From the NCBI GenBank assembly GCA_965248535.1, contig CBDFJR010000002.1:864001-928000 (forward strand): DNA of 64,000 bases, read 5' to 3'. Below, in pieces: positions 1 to 10,313 of this stretch; positions within the stretch are counted from its first letter, which is position 1, and each line of letters starts with the position of its first letter. Under the pieces are notes generated by a model. It was not told the origin of the DNA. It was given only the letters and a program-made list of their open reading frames with translations, and did no database searches. This DNA is from Phormidesmis sp. (GTDB lineage: Bacteria; Cyanobacteriota; Cyanobacteriia; Leptolyngbyales; Leptolyngbyaceae). The translations under genes were made by a program, and so were the position numbers.

Positions 1-5
1 CGATC

Positions 6-335
6 GTGCCTGATATCTCTGTTTTCCGTTGGCAAACAATCCCGATTCAGCCGTCTGGACGGATTGCGAATCGCTTTGAGATTCAGCCAAATTGGGCGAT
101 CGAAATTCTGTCTCCTAACCAAAACATAGCAAAAGTTCTCAGAAATCTGCTCCACTGTTCGCAGCACGGCACTGAGTTGGGTTGGCTAATCGCGCCCGAC
201 GATGAAATGGTATTTGCAGTATTTCCGGGGCAGCGCGTTGAAGTGTTTGAAGGAACTGCCTCATTACCGATGATTGACGGGGTGGCTTTGGCGTTAACCG
301 TTGAGCAGATTTTGAGTTGGTTGACGTTTGTCTAA
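6..335 (+). CDS. Uma2/DUF820 family putative endonuclease (5'-truncated by window edge)
   Basis: PDISVF...PNWAIEILSP...GWLI motifs typical of cyanobacterial Uma2 proteins; paralogous to 3751 and 4347 ORFs. Confidence 0.85.
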   Translation: MPDISVFRWQTIPIQPSGRIANRFEIQPNWAIEILSPNQNIAKVLRNLLHCSQHGTELGWLIAPDDEMVFAVFPGQRVEVFEGTASLPMIDGVALALTVEQILSWLTFV

Positions 336-482
336 GTGGCATCAATCAACAGCATTGAGACAACATTATGGGTAAATTCTAAACTGCTTCACCTGACTTG
401 CAAAGCTGGAGTTATTGATCATGGCTGCCTGGGAAGCATAAGGGTGTCAAAATTTCATCTCTGATTTCAGAGTTTAGAACTG

Positions 483-896
483 ATGCACAATATTGACCTT
501 CCAAATGCAGTCGCGCATCCGCTCGCTAAGTATCGTAATCATCTAGAATTCACAGGCTACAAAATTGAAGACGAAAAAGAGGATTGGCTGTTCAGTCGGC
601 ATCCCAGAAAAGCCGACCTTGCCCTTAAAAAGATTGGCGATCGTGGTGTTTTGGTCAGCACTCTTTTCAGGGTCAAAGAAAATCTTAAAAGAACAAGTCT
701 TTTGGAGTTCACAAATGCCTTGAATGCTGATTTTCTGTTTATGAAAACCTATCTGACTGATGAAGGGTCGATGCGGCTTGAAACCTTTTTTGAAGGAGAT
801 TATGACCGCACAAACTTCTCAATTCTTCTAGAAAATATCGATTTTGACATCAACCTATTCTTTGAACACGATCTGACTAGCACTTACGTTGAATAG
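483..896 (+). CDS. YbjN-like domain protein (putative)
   Basis: 137-aa acidic ORF; LLEFTNALNADFLFMKTYL pattern resembles YbjN/T3SS-chaperone-like fold; AT-richer than neighbours. Confidence 0.55.
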   Translation: MHNIDLPNAVAHPLAKYRNHLEFTGYKIEDEKEDWLFSRHPRKADLALKKIGDRGVLVSTLFRVKENLKRTSLLEFTNALNADFLFMKTYLTDEGSMRLETFFEGDYDRTNFSILLENIDFDINLFFEHDLTSTYVE

Positions 897-952
897 GTTT
901 AGGTTTGCTTGTTAATTTTGCAACCGTGCCTGCCCAGATTCGAGAACTCTTA

Positions 953-1091
953 GAGGGTGTTTGAAAAGTATCAAATCGTCAGGAGATCTCTCCTAGCCCC
1001 CTTAAAAAGGAGATCTAAAGCCCTCCTTTTTAAGGGACTTAGGGAGATCGAAGACCTATAACGTCAGAAGAAACCCGTCTCAAACACCCTC
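953..1091. mobile_element. MITE-like element with 12-bp terminal inverted repeats and TTA target duplication
   Basis: GAGGGTGTTTGA (953-964) / TCAAACACCCTC (1080-1091); TTA directly flanks both ends (950-952, 1092-1094). Confidence 0.75.
985..1049. repeat. Nested imperfect inverted repeat (CCCTTAAAAAGGAG / CTCCTTTTTAAGGG) bounded by GATC
   Basis: GATCTCTCCTAGCCCCCTTAAAAAGGAG pairs imperfectly with CTCCTTTTTAAGGGACTTAGGGAGATC. Confidence 0.75.
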
Positions 1092-3713
1092 TTAACTCAA
1101 ACCAGTCAGTAGCTGATTACGCGCTTCTGCAAGGGCATCGGGCAGCTTACTGGCATCGCGTCCGCCCGCTTGAGCAAGATTGGGACGACCGCCGCCCCCG
1201 CCGCCGCAGAGTTTAGAAATTGCTCCCACCAGCTTCCCAGCCTGCAACCCTTTTTTGACCACCGTAGGGCTAAACGCCGCCACCAGACTGACTTTGCCTT
1301 CTTCGGGCACAGAGCCTAACACCACTGCCCCTTCGCCCAGCTTTTGCAGCAGTTGTTCGGCCACCGTTTTGAGCGATTCGGCATCCACCGAGTCGAGTTG
1401 AGCGATCAGAATTTTGAAGTCACCTACCGAGTCGGCTTGGGCCAGCAGTTGATCGGCTTTGGCAAAGGCAAGTTGCCCTTTGAGCGTCTCAAGTTGTTTT
1501 TGCGTGGTCTTAAGTTCGGTTTGCAGGGAGGTGATGCGATCGGGGATTTCTTCGGGCTTGACTTTGAAGCGATCGCTCAAGTCGCGCACCACCGTGTCCC
1601 GAAGGTTTAGATATTCGAGAACGGCCGTTCCGGCGATCGCTTCAATGCGCCGAATGCCTGCCGCCACTCCAGATTCAGAGACGATCTTAAAAATACCGAT
1701 TTCTGCCGTGTTGCTGACGTGAGTGCCGCCGCAAAGCTCCATCGACACACCCGGCACGTCTAGCACTCGGACAGTATCGCTATATTTTTCGCCAAACATG
1801 GCGATCGCGCCTTTTTCTTTTGCCTCTGTCAGGCCCATGACGTGAGTGTTGGCAATGTGGGCCTCTGCAATCCAGGTATTGACCTGTTCTTCAACTTGCT
1901 GAACTTCGGCAGCCGCGATCGTGCGAGGGCAGTTGAAATCGAAGCGGAGGCGATCGAAGGACACCAGCGATCCGGCTTGAGAGATGCTCTCATCGACAAT
2001 CTTCTTTAGGGCCGCTTGCAGCAAGTGAGTGGCGGTGTGATGCGCCTGCACTCGACGACGACACGCCAGATCGATCTGGGCGGTTACAGGGTCTCCAACG
2101 CGCAACGTGCCCCGCTCAATGCGCCCAAAATGCACCGAGAAAGCGGATTCTTTTTTTACGTCTTCGACTCGCATGAGGACAGAATCACCGGAGAGATAGC
2201 CCCGATCGCCCACTTGTCCCCCCGACTCGGCATAAAAAGGAGTCTGATCGAGAATGACTTGAACCTGAGTTCCGGCTTCTGCGGACTCGACCGATTCACC
2301 TTCGACGAGCAAGACTTCGATCGTTGCCTGACTAGATGGTTGCGTGTAGCCCAAAAATTCGGTGGCGTGAATGCGCTGTGCTAGCTCATCCAGGGTGCCT
2401 TGAACGGTGAGGTCGATCGTTTTGTGGGCCGCTTTTGCCCTCGTGCGCTGCGCTTTCATCTCGGTCTCAAAGCCTGCGGCATCGACGGTCAGCCCGCGTT
2501 CTTCGGCAACTTCTTGCGTCAGTTCGAGCGGAAAGCCATAAGTGTCGTAAAGCGTGAACGCATCTTGCCCCGAAACCTGATCCGTAACGTTTGATAGGAT
2601 TTCTTCTAATAGCTTCTCGCCCCGCTCTAAGGTTTCTCGGAAGCGAGATTCTTCTTTTTGCAGTTCGTTTTGGATGGTGTCTGCGGTTTGCCGCACTTTG
2701 GGATAAGCCGACTCAGATAGAGCGATCGCCGTTTCTGCAACCTGGGCGGTGAAGTCATGATTGATGCCGATCAGTCGCCCGTGACGCACCACCCGCCGAA
2801 TCAGACGACGCAGCACATAGCCGCGACCTTCGTTATTGGCAGCAATGCCGTCTGCAATCATGTGCACAACAGCGCGAACGTGATCGCCAATGACTTTGAG
2901 CGAGACTTTTGTAGAAGCGTCTGCCGTGGCGTAGTCGATCTGAGCGATCGCGGCAGCCGTTTGCACGATCGGAAAAATCAAATCCGTCTCATAATTATTG
3001 GGCACTTTTTGCAGAATTTGCGCCATTCGCTCTAAGCCTAAACCTGTGTCGATGTTTTGGTTCTGCAACGGGGTGAGATTGCCATCCACATCCCGGTTAT
3101 ATTGCATAAACACCAGGTTATAAAACTCAATAAACCGAGTGTCATCTTCTAAATCAATCGAGTCGTCACCCTGTTCGGGATGAAAATCGTAATAGATTTC
3201 AGAACACGGCCCACAGGGCCCCGTCGGCCCCGATACCCAAAAATTGTCTTTCTCCCCCATGCGCTGAATTCGGTGAGCCGGAATGCCGATTTCGTCACGC
3301 CACATTGCAAAGGCTTCATCGTCGTCTTCAAACACGCTGACCACTAGGCGATCGGGCGGCAAGTTATAGAGTTTGGTCGAAAGCTCCCACGCCCACGCGA
3401 TCGCTTGAGACTTAAAATAATCGCCAAAGCTGAAATTGCCCAACATCTCAAAAAATGTGTGGTGTCGAGCGGTGCGTCCCACATTTTCGATATCGTTGGT
3501 GCGAATGCACTTCTGAGACGTAGTAGCCCGCGCAAACTCTGCCTGACGCTGCCCCAAAAAGATCGGCTTAAACGGCAGCATCCCGGCGATCGTCAGCAAA
3601 ACGGTCGGATCTTCGGGCACCAAAGAGGCACTGGGCAAGATCTTGTGCCCTCTGGCTGCATAAAAATCGAGAAACTGTTGCCGAATCTGAGCGCCGCTGG
3701 GGAGAGTAGCCAT
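1092..3713 (-). CDS. alaS: Alanine--tRNA ligase
   Basis: [38 protein letters not shown] editing motif, ELCGGTHV, C-terminal GGGGG DHHA1; start placed at MATLPSG. Confidence 0.98.
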   Translation of the reverse strand: MATLPSGAQIRQQFLDFYAARGHKILPSASLVPEDPTVLLTIAGMLPFKPIFLGQRQAEFARATTSQKCIRTNDIENVGRTARHHTFFEMLGNFSFGDYFKSQAIAWAWELSTKLYNLPPDRLVVSVFEDDDEAFAMWRDEIGIPAHRIQRMGEKDNFWVSGPTGPCGPCSEIYYDFHPEQGDDSIDLEDDTRFIEFYNLVFMQYNRDVDGNLTPLQNQNIDTGLGLERMAQILQKVPNNYETDLIFPIVQTAAAIAQIDYATADASTKVSLKVIGDHVRAVVHMIADGIAANNEGRGYVLRRLIRRVVRHGRLIGINHDFTAQVAETAIALSESAYPKVRQTADTIQNELQKEESRFRETLERGEKLLEEILSNVTDQVSGQDAFTLYDTYGFPLELTQEVAEERGLTVDAAGFETEMKAQRTRAKAAHKTIDLTVQGTLDELAQRIHATEFLGYTQPSSQATIEVLLVEGESVESAEAGTQVQVILDQTPFYAESGGQVGDRGYLSGDSVLMRVEDVKKESAFSVHFGRIERGTLRVGDPVTAQIDLACRRRVQAHHTATHLLQAALKKIVDESISQAGSLVSFDRLRFDFNCPRTIAAAEVQQVEEQVNTWIAEAHIANTHVMGLTEAKEKGAIAMFGEKYSDTVRVLDVPGVSMELCGGTHVSNTAEIGIFKIVSESGVAAGIRRIEAIAGTAVLEYLNLRDTVVRDLSDRFKVKPEEIPDRITSLQTELKTTQKQLETLKGQLAFAKADQLLAQADSVGDFKILIAQLDSVDAESLKTVAEQLLQKLGEGAVVLGSVPEEGKVSLVAAFSPTVVKKGLQAGKLVGAISKLCGGGGGGRPNLAQAGGRDASKLPDALAEARNQLLTGLS

Positions 3714-3750
3714 GGGAATCTGGGGTAACAAAGCTGTAGGTTTATCTATT

Positions 3751-4314
3751 CTATTCCAGCAACCAGCCGAACAGATCTCCCACAGTTAGCTGAAAATCTT
3801 TCGCAAATTCTGGCACAGGCAGCACCTGATCGAATTGATCAAAAATTTGGGGTTGCTGATTGACTGGATATCCAATCACCGACTGCTCATCTGGATCAAT
3901 GAGCCAACCCATCTGACAGCCGTGATTGAGGCAGTGCAGAATGTTGTTAATGACTTTAGTTTGTCGTTGATCGGGTGAAAGAATCTCGATTGTCCAATCA
4001 GGTGCAGCATTAAAAGCGTTGGCAACGCCTCCATTTTCCTTACGCGGAATTCTGTCATAAGTGAAAACTGCGACATCTGGAACGATCGCTCTTCCACCGA
4101 AACTGCATCTGAGTTCAGGAAAAGCACGAGCAACTTTTTGAAGCTTTACAACTCCATCAATTGCGTTGGTCAGGTCTCTCTGAAGGGTGCTGTGTTCTCC
4201 TTTTGGCATGGGTTTCTGGATGATTTGACCGTCAATGTATTCGTTAGCAGGCTTGGTTTCGGGCAGGTTTAGAAATTCTTCTAGGGTGATGGTTTTTTGA
4301 GGAGCTTGTACCAT
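3751..4314 (-). CDS. Uma2/DUF820 family endonuclease
   Basis: [40 protein letters not shown]. Confidence 0.9.
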   Translation of the reverse strand: MVQAPQKTITLEEFLNLPETKPANEYIDGQIIQKPMPKGEHSTLQRDLTNAIDGVVKLQKVARAFPELRCSFGGRAIVPDVAVFTYDRIPRKENGGVANAFNAAPDWTIEILSPDQRQTKVINNILHCLNHGCQMGWLIDPDEQSVIGYPVNQQPQIFDQFDQVLPVPEFAKDFQLTVGDLFGWLLE

Positions 4315-4346
4315 GAGCGGTTACCTCGTGGGTTCCGTAGCGTTGA

Positions 4347-4919
4347 TTAACGGTTCTCTAGCTGTAGCCAACTGAATAAATTTTCTATTGTAAGCTTCAG
4401 TCCACTTGCTATCTCTGGAATCGGAAGCACTTGCTCAGGTTCGTCAAAAACCTGCGATCGTCCATCAGAAGGATATACAATCACCGCTTTCTCATCAGGA
4501 TCGATCAGCCAACCCATTAAACAACCATGAGCAAGACAGTGTAGAATATTTTTCGTCACTTTGGTTTGCCGCTGATCGGGTGAAAGAATCTCGATTGTCC
4601 AATCGGGTGCAGCGTTAAACACGTTGGCAATCTCCCCATTTGCATCGACTGGAATCCGATCCCAGGCAAACACTGCCACATCAGGAACAATCGATCGACC
4701 TCCAAACGTGCAGCGCAATTCTGGAAAGGCTTGGGCAACTTGACGTTCTTCAACCAGTTGATCAATCTTCAGCACTAATTTTTTCTGTAATTTGCTGTGT
4801 TTTCCTTGCGGCATAGGTTTTTGGATGATTTCACCGTCAATGTATTCGCTAGCAGGCTTGGTTTCGGGCAGGTTTAGAAATTCTTCTAGGGTGATGGTCT
4901 TTTGAGGAGTTTGTACCAT
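4347..4919 (-). CDS. Uma2/DUF820 family endonuclease (tandem paralog)
   Basis: Same motifs; RBS-like AGGAGG upstream. Confidence 0.9.
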   Translation of the reverse strand: MVQTPQKTITLEEFLNLPETKPASEYIDGEIIQKPMPQGKHSKLQKKLVLKIDQLVEERQVAQAFPELRCTFGGRSIVPDVAVFAWDRIPVDANGEIANVFNAAPDWTIEILSPDQRQTKVTKNILHCLAHGCLMGWLIDPDEKAVIVYPSDGRSQVFDEPEQVLPIPEIASGLKLTIENLFSWLQLENR

Positions 4920-4949
4920 GTCTGTTCGCCTCCTAATGTCTATCTCTTA

Positions 4950-5885
4950 TTATGATTCAGGTTGCCAAAGCGAACGATCAGCGTTGGGCGGCACCAACAC
5001 CCACAAACTTTTTGGCACCACCTGAAAACTCATCGGAGTCACTCCCAAATAATCGCCATCGACCTGCACGGGCAAACCCTTTTGACCTGAAATCTTCACC
5101 TGTCGCGCTCGATAATAGTTGACTTCGGGGTCACGATCGTAGTGCCGCAAAAAAATCGACAACAGCCGCAGCGGTGCCGTCAACATACTGCGACCCTTGA
5201 TCACACACACATCCAGCAAACCATCATTGAGAACAGCATGAGCCGTGAGTTTGACCACACCGCCATAGAGTTGGCTGTTGCCAATCACGACCATTAAAAT
5301 TCGCCCTCGAATGCGTTTGCCATCAATGCGAATGTGAGCACGAAAGCCTTCAAATTTTTGGGCCAGTTGCAGCGCTTGCATCACGTAAGCGATCGCGCCA
5401 AATCGTTTTTTCTCAGCCGATCGGATCTGGGCCGTCACCGCCGCATCAAACCCTACCCCAGCCATCAGCAGAAAATAGCGCGTTCCAACTTGACCGAGAT
5501 CAATTTGTTCGAGTCGCGCTTGCAGAAACGCGATCGCCGATCGCTGCAAATCCATCGGCAGTCCCATTTCTCGGGCCCAGATGTTGACCGTCCCGATCGG
5601 CAAAACGGCCAGCGCGGTCTGAGTGCCGACTAACCCATTAACAACTTCATTAACGGTGCCATCTCCCCCCGCCGCGACGACCACCCCATAGCTTTGACGC
5701 GCAGCATCTCGCGCCAGATGGGTGGCATCACCTGCGCTGCGAGTCGGGCGAAGATCGACCTGCCAGCCGTGATCACGCCAGCGATCGGCGGCCCTTTCTA
5801 ACGCCGAAATCAGATGATTGGCTTGCCCGGCCGTGGGGTTAAACAAAATCAAAACCCGCGGCTGAGGCGGAAGCGGAATGCCCAT
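4950..5885 (-). CDS. Diacylglycerol kinase family lipid kinase (YegS/BmrU-like)
   Basis: NPTAG, GGDGTVNEV, PIGTVN, GVGFDA, QVDGD motifs. Confidence 0.92.
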   Translation of the reverse strand: MGIPLPPQPRVLILFNPTAGQANHLISALERAADRWRDHGWQVDLRPTRSAGDATHLARDAARQSYGVVVAAGGDGTVNEVVNGLVGTQTALAVLPIGTVNIWAREMGLPMDLQRSAIAFLQARLEQIDLGQVGTRYFLLMAGVGFDAAVTAQIRSAEKKRFGAIAYVMQALQLAQKFEGFRAHIRIDGKRIRGRILMVVIGNSQLYGGVVKLTAHAVLNDGLLDVCVIKGRSMLTAPLRLLSIFLRHYDRDPEVNYYRARQVKISGQKGLPVQVDGDYLGVTPMSFQVVPKSLWVLVPPNADRSLWQPES

Positions 5886-5906
5886 AAGCGAGAGAGCCTC
5901 TATCCA

Positions 5907-6593
5907 TCAGGTCACGATCAGGGTCTCTTGAAGGAGTTGCCGACAGTCTTCGATCGGGCGACGATCCTCCATTGCGGCAACGAGCGCACTGTAGGCATCC
6001 TGATTTTGCTCCAGCAAGTTTTTTGCCTGAAGCGAGGCCCACCGCTCTTTTTGCTGAATCTCAGCAGTGGGTAGCCGCAGTTGCGCCAGCGTCATGCGAA
6101 GTTTTTGCAGATCATCTGCGCCCCCCTCAACAGAATCGTAGGCCAGGGTTTCGGCAACGCCGCCCGCCATCCACACTGCACAGTAGCGATCGACTAACTG
6201 CACCGAGAGTTTGCCCGACTGCAATTGAGTGTCTAAGTCCTGAGTGTCAAACTGCACGCCTCCTAGCCCTGGCTGCCCCTGCCGAAAGGCTTCCCAAGCG
6301 CTGAGGGTGTAGCCCGTTACCAGAATGCCTAACTGCTGGGCAACCAAAAAGTGTCCGGCTTCGTGTCTGACCACCCGCGCCCGGTGCGTCGGAGAAAAGC
6401 TAGCCAGCCAGTCGAGGGCGATCGTGCCACCTCTGCCCTGCCAGGTAAACGAATCGAGCGTCACAATGCCTAAAATCGTGAAGGTTGCGATCGCCGGAAC
6501 TGCTGGAGACAGATGAATCAAAGGGCCGAGAATGGTCGTCACCGTCATCGCAAAAATCGAGAGGGCGATCAGATTGAGCGCGATCGGGTTCAT
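5907..6593 (-). CDS. Membrane-anchored M41-like Zn peptidase (annotated in cyanobacteria as ATP-dependent Zn protease)
   Basis: N-terminal TM segments, HEAGH zinc motif, AGGVAE, GGADD. Confidence 0.8.
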   Translation of the reverse strand: MNPIALNLIALSIFAMTVTTILGPLIHLSPAVPAIATFTILGIVTLDSFTWQGRGGTIALDWLASFSPTHRARVVRHEAGHFLVAQQLGILVTGYTLSAWEAFRQGQPGLGGVQFDTQDLDTQLQSGKLSVQLVDRYCAVWMAGGVAETLAYDSVEGGADDLQKLRMTLAQLRLPTAEIQQKERWASLQAKNLLEQNQDAYSALVAAMEDRRPIEDCRQLLQETLIVT

Positions 6594-7369
6594 GGCTTTC
6601 TGGCCTTATAAAACGTTTCTAAACTTTGGCGATCACCCACAAAGCGCCAGTGCCAAGGCTCATAGCTGACGTGCTGAGGGTTATTTTTAGGGAAGGAAAT
6701 TTCAAAGTTAAAGCGCACCGCATTTTGTTTGAGCCAGTTAAATGCAGCCGTCTGATCAAACGTGGGGCTGAGATTGGTGGCAGGCACATTGCCATCGCCA
6801 ATATCGATCGCATAGCCCGTGTGATGCTCACTATAGCCTGGCGGAGCGCTGACCTCAGCCCGCTGGTGAGGAGTCTGCGATCGCTCGGCTTTGACTTCAA
6901 AAAATACCTGCTGCTGGTCACTGAGCGATCGAAAGGCCGACAGCGGAGTCAAAATAATGCCTTCAGCTTGAGCCGCGCTTGACATTTGTCTAAACGCTTC
7001 GGCGGCGGCTTTACGGAGCTTGATTCCTCCATCGCTGCTAATGGGTTGCAGTTCAGCTTGGGGCGCTTCTGCGTAGGGAAAATGACCCAACAGCGTGTCA
7101 GGCGACGGGCTTGCACTCGGAGATGGCGCGATCGAGTCAGTCGGCAAAGGACTCGGATTCATCGCCGTGGTCACACTGGGCTGTCGAGCACTGTAGGCAA
7201 ATAAACCGCCCGCGCAAAGTGCGATCGTGGCCAAACCCACAACCAACCCAACTCGATTAAAACGCGGCTGTGGCTTGGGTTCTATGGTTTCCCGCAAAGC
7301 TTCGGGGATGTCGTCCGCAGAGGCAGCCTGATGGTGGGGAGGTTTCCCAGGTAGACCAGCGTTGTTCAA
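6590..7369 (-). CDS. M15 family D-Ala-D-Ala carboxypeptidase (VanY-like)
   Basis: SAFRS, APPGYSEHHTGYAIDI, YEPWHWRF; single TM anchor. Confidence 0.9.
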   Translation of the reverse strand: MNNAGLPGKPPHHQAASADDIPEALRETIEPKPQPRFNRVGLVVGLATIALCAGGLFAYSARQPSVTTAMNPSPLPTDSIAPSPSASPSPDTLLGHFPYAEAPQAELQPISSDGGIKLRKAAAEAFRQMSSAAQAEGIILTPLSAFRSLSDQQQVFFEVKAERSQTPHQRAEVSAPPGYSEHHTGYAIDIGDGNVPATNLSPTFDQTAAFNWLKQNAVRFNFEISFPKNNPQHVSYEPWHWRFVGDRQSLETFYKARKP

Positions 7370-7564
7370 GAGAATCTTTCCTGCACGTTTTAGGTTGCAA
7401 CCAGCTTAGAGCGTTGAGAAACGCTACTCTGGCAGAGAAGTGGTGGGTAGACAGCGTTGATCGTTAACGTTGACATCAACGGTCACCTAAAATCAGCGCC
7501 TTGTCTAGGCTACCCCTAAAGATACCGATTCTCGGTTCAGGAATGCAAATTTCGTTCTAACTTC

Positions 7565-8485
7565 ATGCCCAATCTTATCGCTCAACTGCTTAGTCTCTAT
7601 GCGCCGCTGGTGGGATGGACGCTGTTGGGGTGGCTGCTGGGGCGTTGTTTACCTAAAGCGGCTCCCACTTATCTAGGTCGCTTTTTGTTCTGGATCGGAG
7701 TCCCCATCAGCATTTTTGCATTTTTGCGCGGGGCTGATCTGTCAGGGCAGGTGTGGATCGCCCCGATCGTCGCGTGGGTAGCAATCCTGTTGGGCGCAGG
7801 CTTGGCTTGGCTGTGGAGCCGCCATCAACTCACTTGGAGCAAGCCGACTCAGGGCAGCTTTTTATTGGCTTCAATGGTGGGCAACACGGGTTATCTGGGC
7901 TTTCCGGTAGCCTTAGCCCTGGGCGGACAGCAGCTTTTTGCCTGGGCACTTTTTTATGATCTGTTGGGCACTACCTGGGGCGCTTACGGCTTAGGAGTCG
8001 TGTTAGCCAGCCGATTTGGGCAGGGCACCCAGAGCCGATCGCAGCTAACCTTGGCGCTTCTCAAAAATCCCGCTTTGGGCAGCTTTGCCCTCGGACTGAT
8101 CACCCGCGATCTGCCCCTTCCGGGCTGGCTAGACATCGGGCTGCATCGGGCTGGCTGGAGCGCGATCGGGCTGGCCCTGATTTTGATTGGAATGCGCCTC
8201 AGTCAATTGCCGTCGCTCTCTCGGCTCAACTCTGCCACGGTCAGCTTGGCGATCAAAATGATTGTGGTGCCGCTGACGGTGAGTTTGAGCCTACCTTTTT
8301 TGCCCATTAGCAGCGCAGCAAAACATACGATCGTGCTGCAAATGGCTATGCCTCCTGCTTTTGCCACGCTGGTTTTAGCAGAAACCTACGGGTTAGACAA
8401 AAATTTGGCGGTCACGTCTCTCGCGCTCGGCTCGATCGGGCTAATTTTCATCCTTCCGGTTTGGCTCTGGCTATTTAGCTTTTAA
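7565..8485 (+). CDS. AEC (auxin efflux carrier) family transporter
   Basis: Highly hydrophobic; GNTGYLGFP and AMPPAF motifs. Confidence 0.88.
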   Translation: MPNLIAQLLSLYAPLVGWTLLGWLLGRCLPKAAPTYLGRFLFWIGVPISIFAFLRGADLSGQVWIAPIVAWVAILLGAGLAWLWSRHQLTWSKPTQGSFLLASMVGNTGYLGFPVALALGGQQLFAWALFYDLLGTTWGAYGLGVVLASRFGQGTQSRSQLTLALLKNPALGSFALGLITRDLPLPGWLDIGLHRAGWSAIGLALILIGMRLSQLPSLSRLNSATVSLAIKMIVVPLTVSLSLPFLPISSAAKHTIVLQMAMPPAFATLVLAETYGLDKNLAVTSLALGSIGLIFILPVWLWLFSF

Positions 8486-8862
8486 CCTGCCCAACTGACC
8501 CCATCATCTCCCGGCACCGACGGCAGAGACTTGCGCTCATTTTTGGGGATCAACGCAGACGACTTGGCCACGATCGCGGCAGAACTCGGCTGAACAATCA
8601 CCGCACTCAACGGCACGTCAGGACTAATCGCTTTTTGCTGAGATGCTCTGGCGGCCCGCTGTTCAGGCTCAATGATTTTCTTCAGCAGATAATCTAACGT
8701 CTGCTGCTTGATCCAGCCCCGTGCCACCAACACTTCGCCAAACCTCATATCATCCACGATTTTTTGATCGTTTAGCGCCACGTCAACTTGGGCTTGAGTG
8801 ATCAGCCCTGCCTCAACCAAATAGCAGCCTAGACACTTCACAGGTTCGTTTCTAGCTCTCAT
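8482..8862 (-). CDS. Small protein with tandem MshEN-like repeats
   Basis: CLGCYLVEAGLITQAQVDVALNDQ and RFGEVLVARGWIKQQTL match the RLGxxLxxxG(L/I)(L/I)xxxxLxxxLxxQ pattern. Confidence 0.7.
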   Translation of the reverse strand: MRARNEPVKCLGCYLVEAGLITQAQVDVALNDQKIVDDMRFGEVLVARGWIKQQTLDYLLKKIIEPEQRAARASQQKAISPDVPLSAVIVQPSSAAIVAKSSALIPKNERKSLPSVPGDDGVSWAG

Positions 8863-9197
8863 CTTCACCCAAAAAGAAGTTCCGTTTGTAGTGACAGACT
8901 CAACATACTCTCTATCAGAGAATATCTGAAGTGATTTTGCTCACGTTGTAGGCTGTGGAGCATCTCAACTCGCGGAGCGTTGAGAACCCCTGCTTTAACT
9001 TTACGTTAAGTTTGTCAATATACCGTGACCCATATAGTTATGATAAAGTTCCTCAACCTTTAGAACTTAAAAATATCGATCCAGAGACCTGAACAAAGGC
9101 AAATAGAGCACTGAGATCCAAACTCACCCATGAGATTGCGTCTTTATAGAGAGCAGACAATCTCTTTAGGTGCCTTATGAAGAGCAAAATCGAGCCG

Positions 9198-10232
9198 TCA
9201 GGCAGCCTGAAACTCTCCCATCATTTTCACTTCTGTCTCTAACAAAAGCGACCAGCGTTGCTGCACCTGCTGCTGCACAAAGCGAATCAGTTGAAAGATG
9301 TCACCTGCCGTCGCCCCCCCGCAGTTGAGAATAAAGTTGGCGTGACGCTGGGCAACTTGAGCGCCTCCAATTTGATGCCCCTTCAAACCCGTCTGCTCAA
9401 TCAGCCACCCCGCTTTATAGGTCTCAGGGTTGCGAAACACGCTGCCACAACTGGGCATGTTATAGGGCTGAGTGGCGTGTCTCTGGTGTTCGTGTTGACT
9501 GGTCATTGCTAAAACCTCAACCGGGTTGGCACCGGGTCTGAGTTGAAACGTTGCCTGAGTTACCAGCCGTCGCAAAGCCGCTTTCTCTTCGGTGCAATTG
9601 CCCTGCAAAGCAGAGGTGCGATAGCGATAATTGAGCGCTTGAGGGGTGAGAATCTCAATCTGTCGGTTAGGCAGCAAGACCTGCGCTTCGACCAAAATAT
9701 CGGCGATCGAGTCTCCATGAGCGCCTGCATTCATCACGACGGCTCCCCCAACAGTGCCCGGAATGCCCACGGCCCACTCAAAGCCCTGCCAGCCAAGATC
9801 GGCCAACTGCCAGGCCAGCCGCGGCAGTGGCTCACCCGCACCGACGGTCACCCGCCCGGTGTCTGGGTCAAAGTGGCTGTGGCGCAGATAACGAGTTGAG
9901 ATCACAAGACCTGGCAGCCCACGATCGCTAATCAGCAAGTTTGACCCTGCGCCCAGCATCGTGGTAGCCAACCCCTGAGCCTGGGCCCATTCTAGGCTAG
10001 CTTGCAGGTCTTCGAGACGGCGGGGCGCAATATACCACTCTGCCGGGCCGCCGACCCGAAAGGATGTCAACGTGGATAGCGGAACATTTGCTTTTAACAA
10101 GCTGTCAGTGCCAGGAAGAGGGAGGGTCTGAAGGTCGCTGGTTTTGGCGAGCGATCGAGACAGGGTGCTGCGAGTTGAAAAATCTGGTTTGTGAGAAGCG
10201 CGAGAAGTCCGGGGATCGCTTGAAAGAGTCAT
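9198..10232 (-). CDS. murB: UDP-N-acetylmuramate dehydrogenase
   Basis: FRVGGPA, GAGSNLL, GIPGTVGGAVVMNAGA, SCGSVFRNP, HANFI; start uncertain. Confidence 0.95.
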   Translation of the reverse strand: MTLSSDPRTSRASHKPDFSTRSTLSRSLAKTSDLQTLPLPGTDSLLKANVPLSTLTSFRVGGPAEWYIAPRRLEDLQASLEWAQAQGLATTMLGAGSNLLISDRGLPGLVISTRYLRHSHFDPDTGRVTVGAGEPLPRLAWQLADLGWQGFEWAVGIPGTVGGAVVMNAGAHGDSIADILVEAQVLLPNRQIEILTPQALNYRYRTSALQGNCTEEKAALRRLVTQATFQLRPGANPVEVLAMTSQHEHQRHATQPYNMPSCGSVFRNPETYKAGWLIEQTGLKGHQIGGAQVAQRHANFILNCGGATAGDIFQLIRFVQQQVQQRWSLLLETEVKMMGEFQAA

Positions 10233-10313
10233 GATGATTTTAGGTGTTTGAATGCTCCAACTGGAGACCCCAATGGATCTCATACCTGGGATTAAAGAGG
10301 GTGTGCCATAGCC

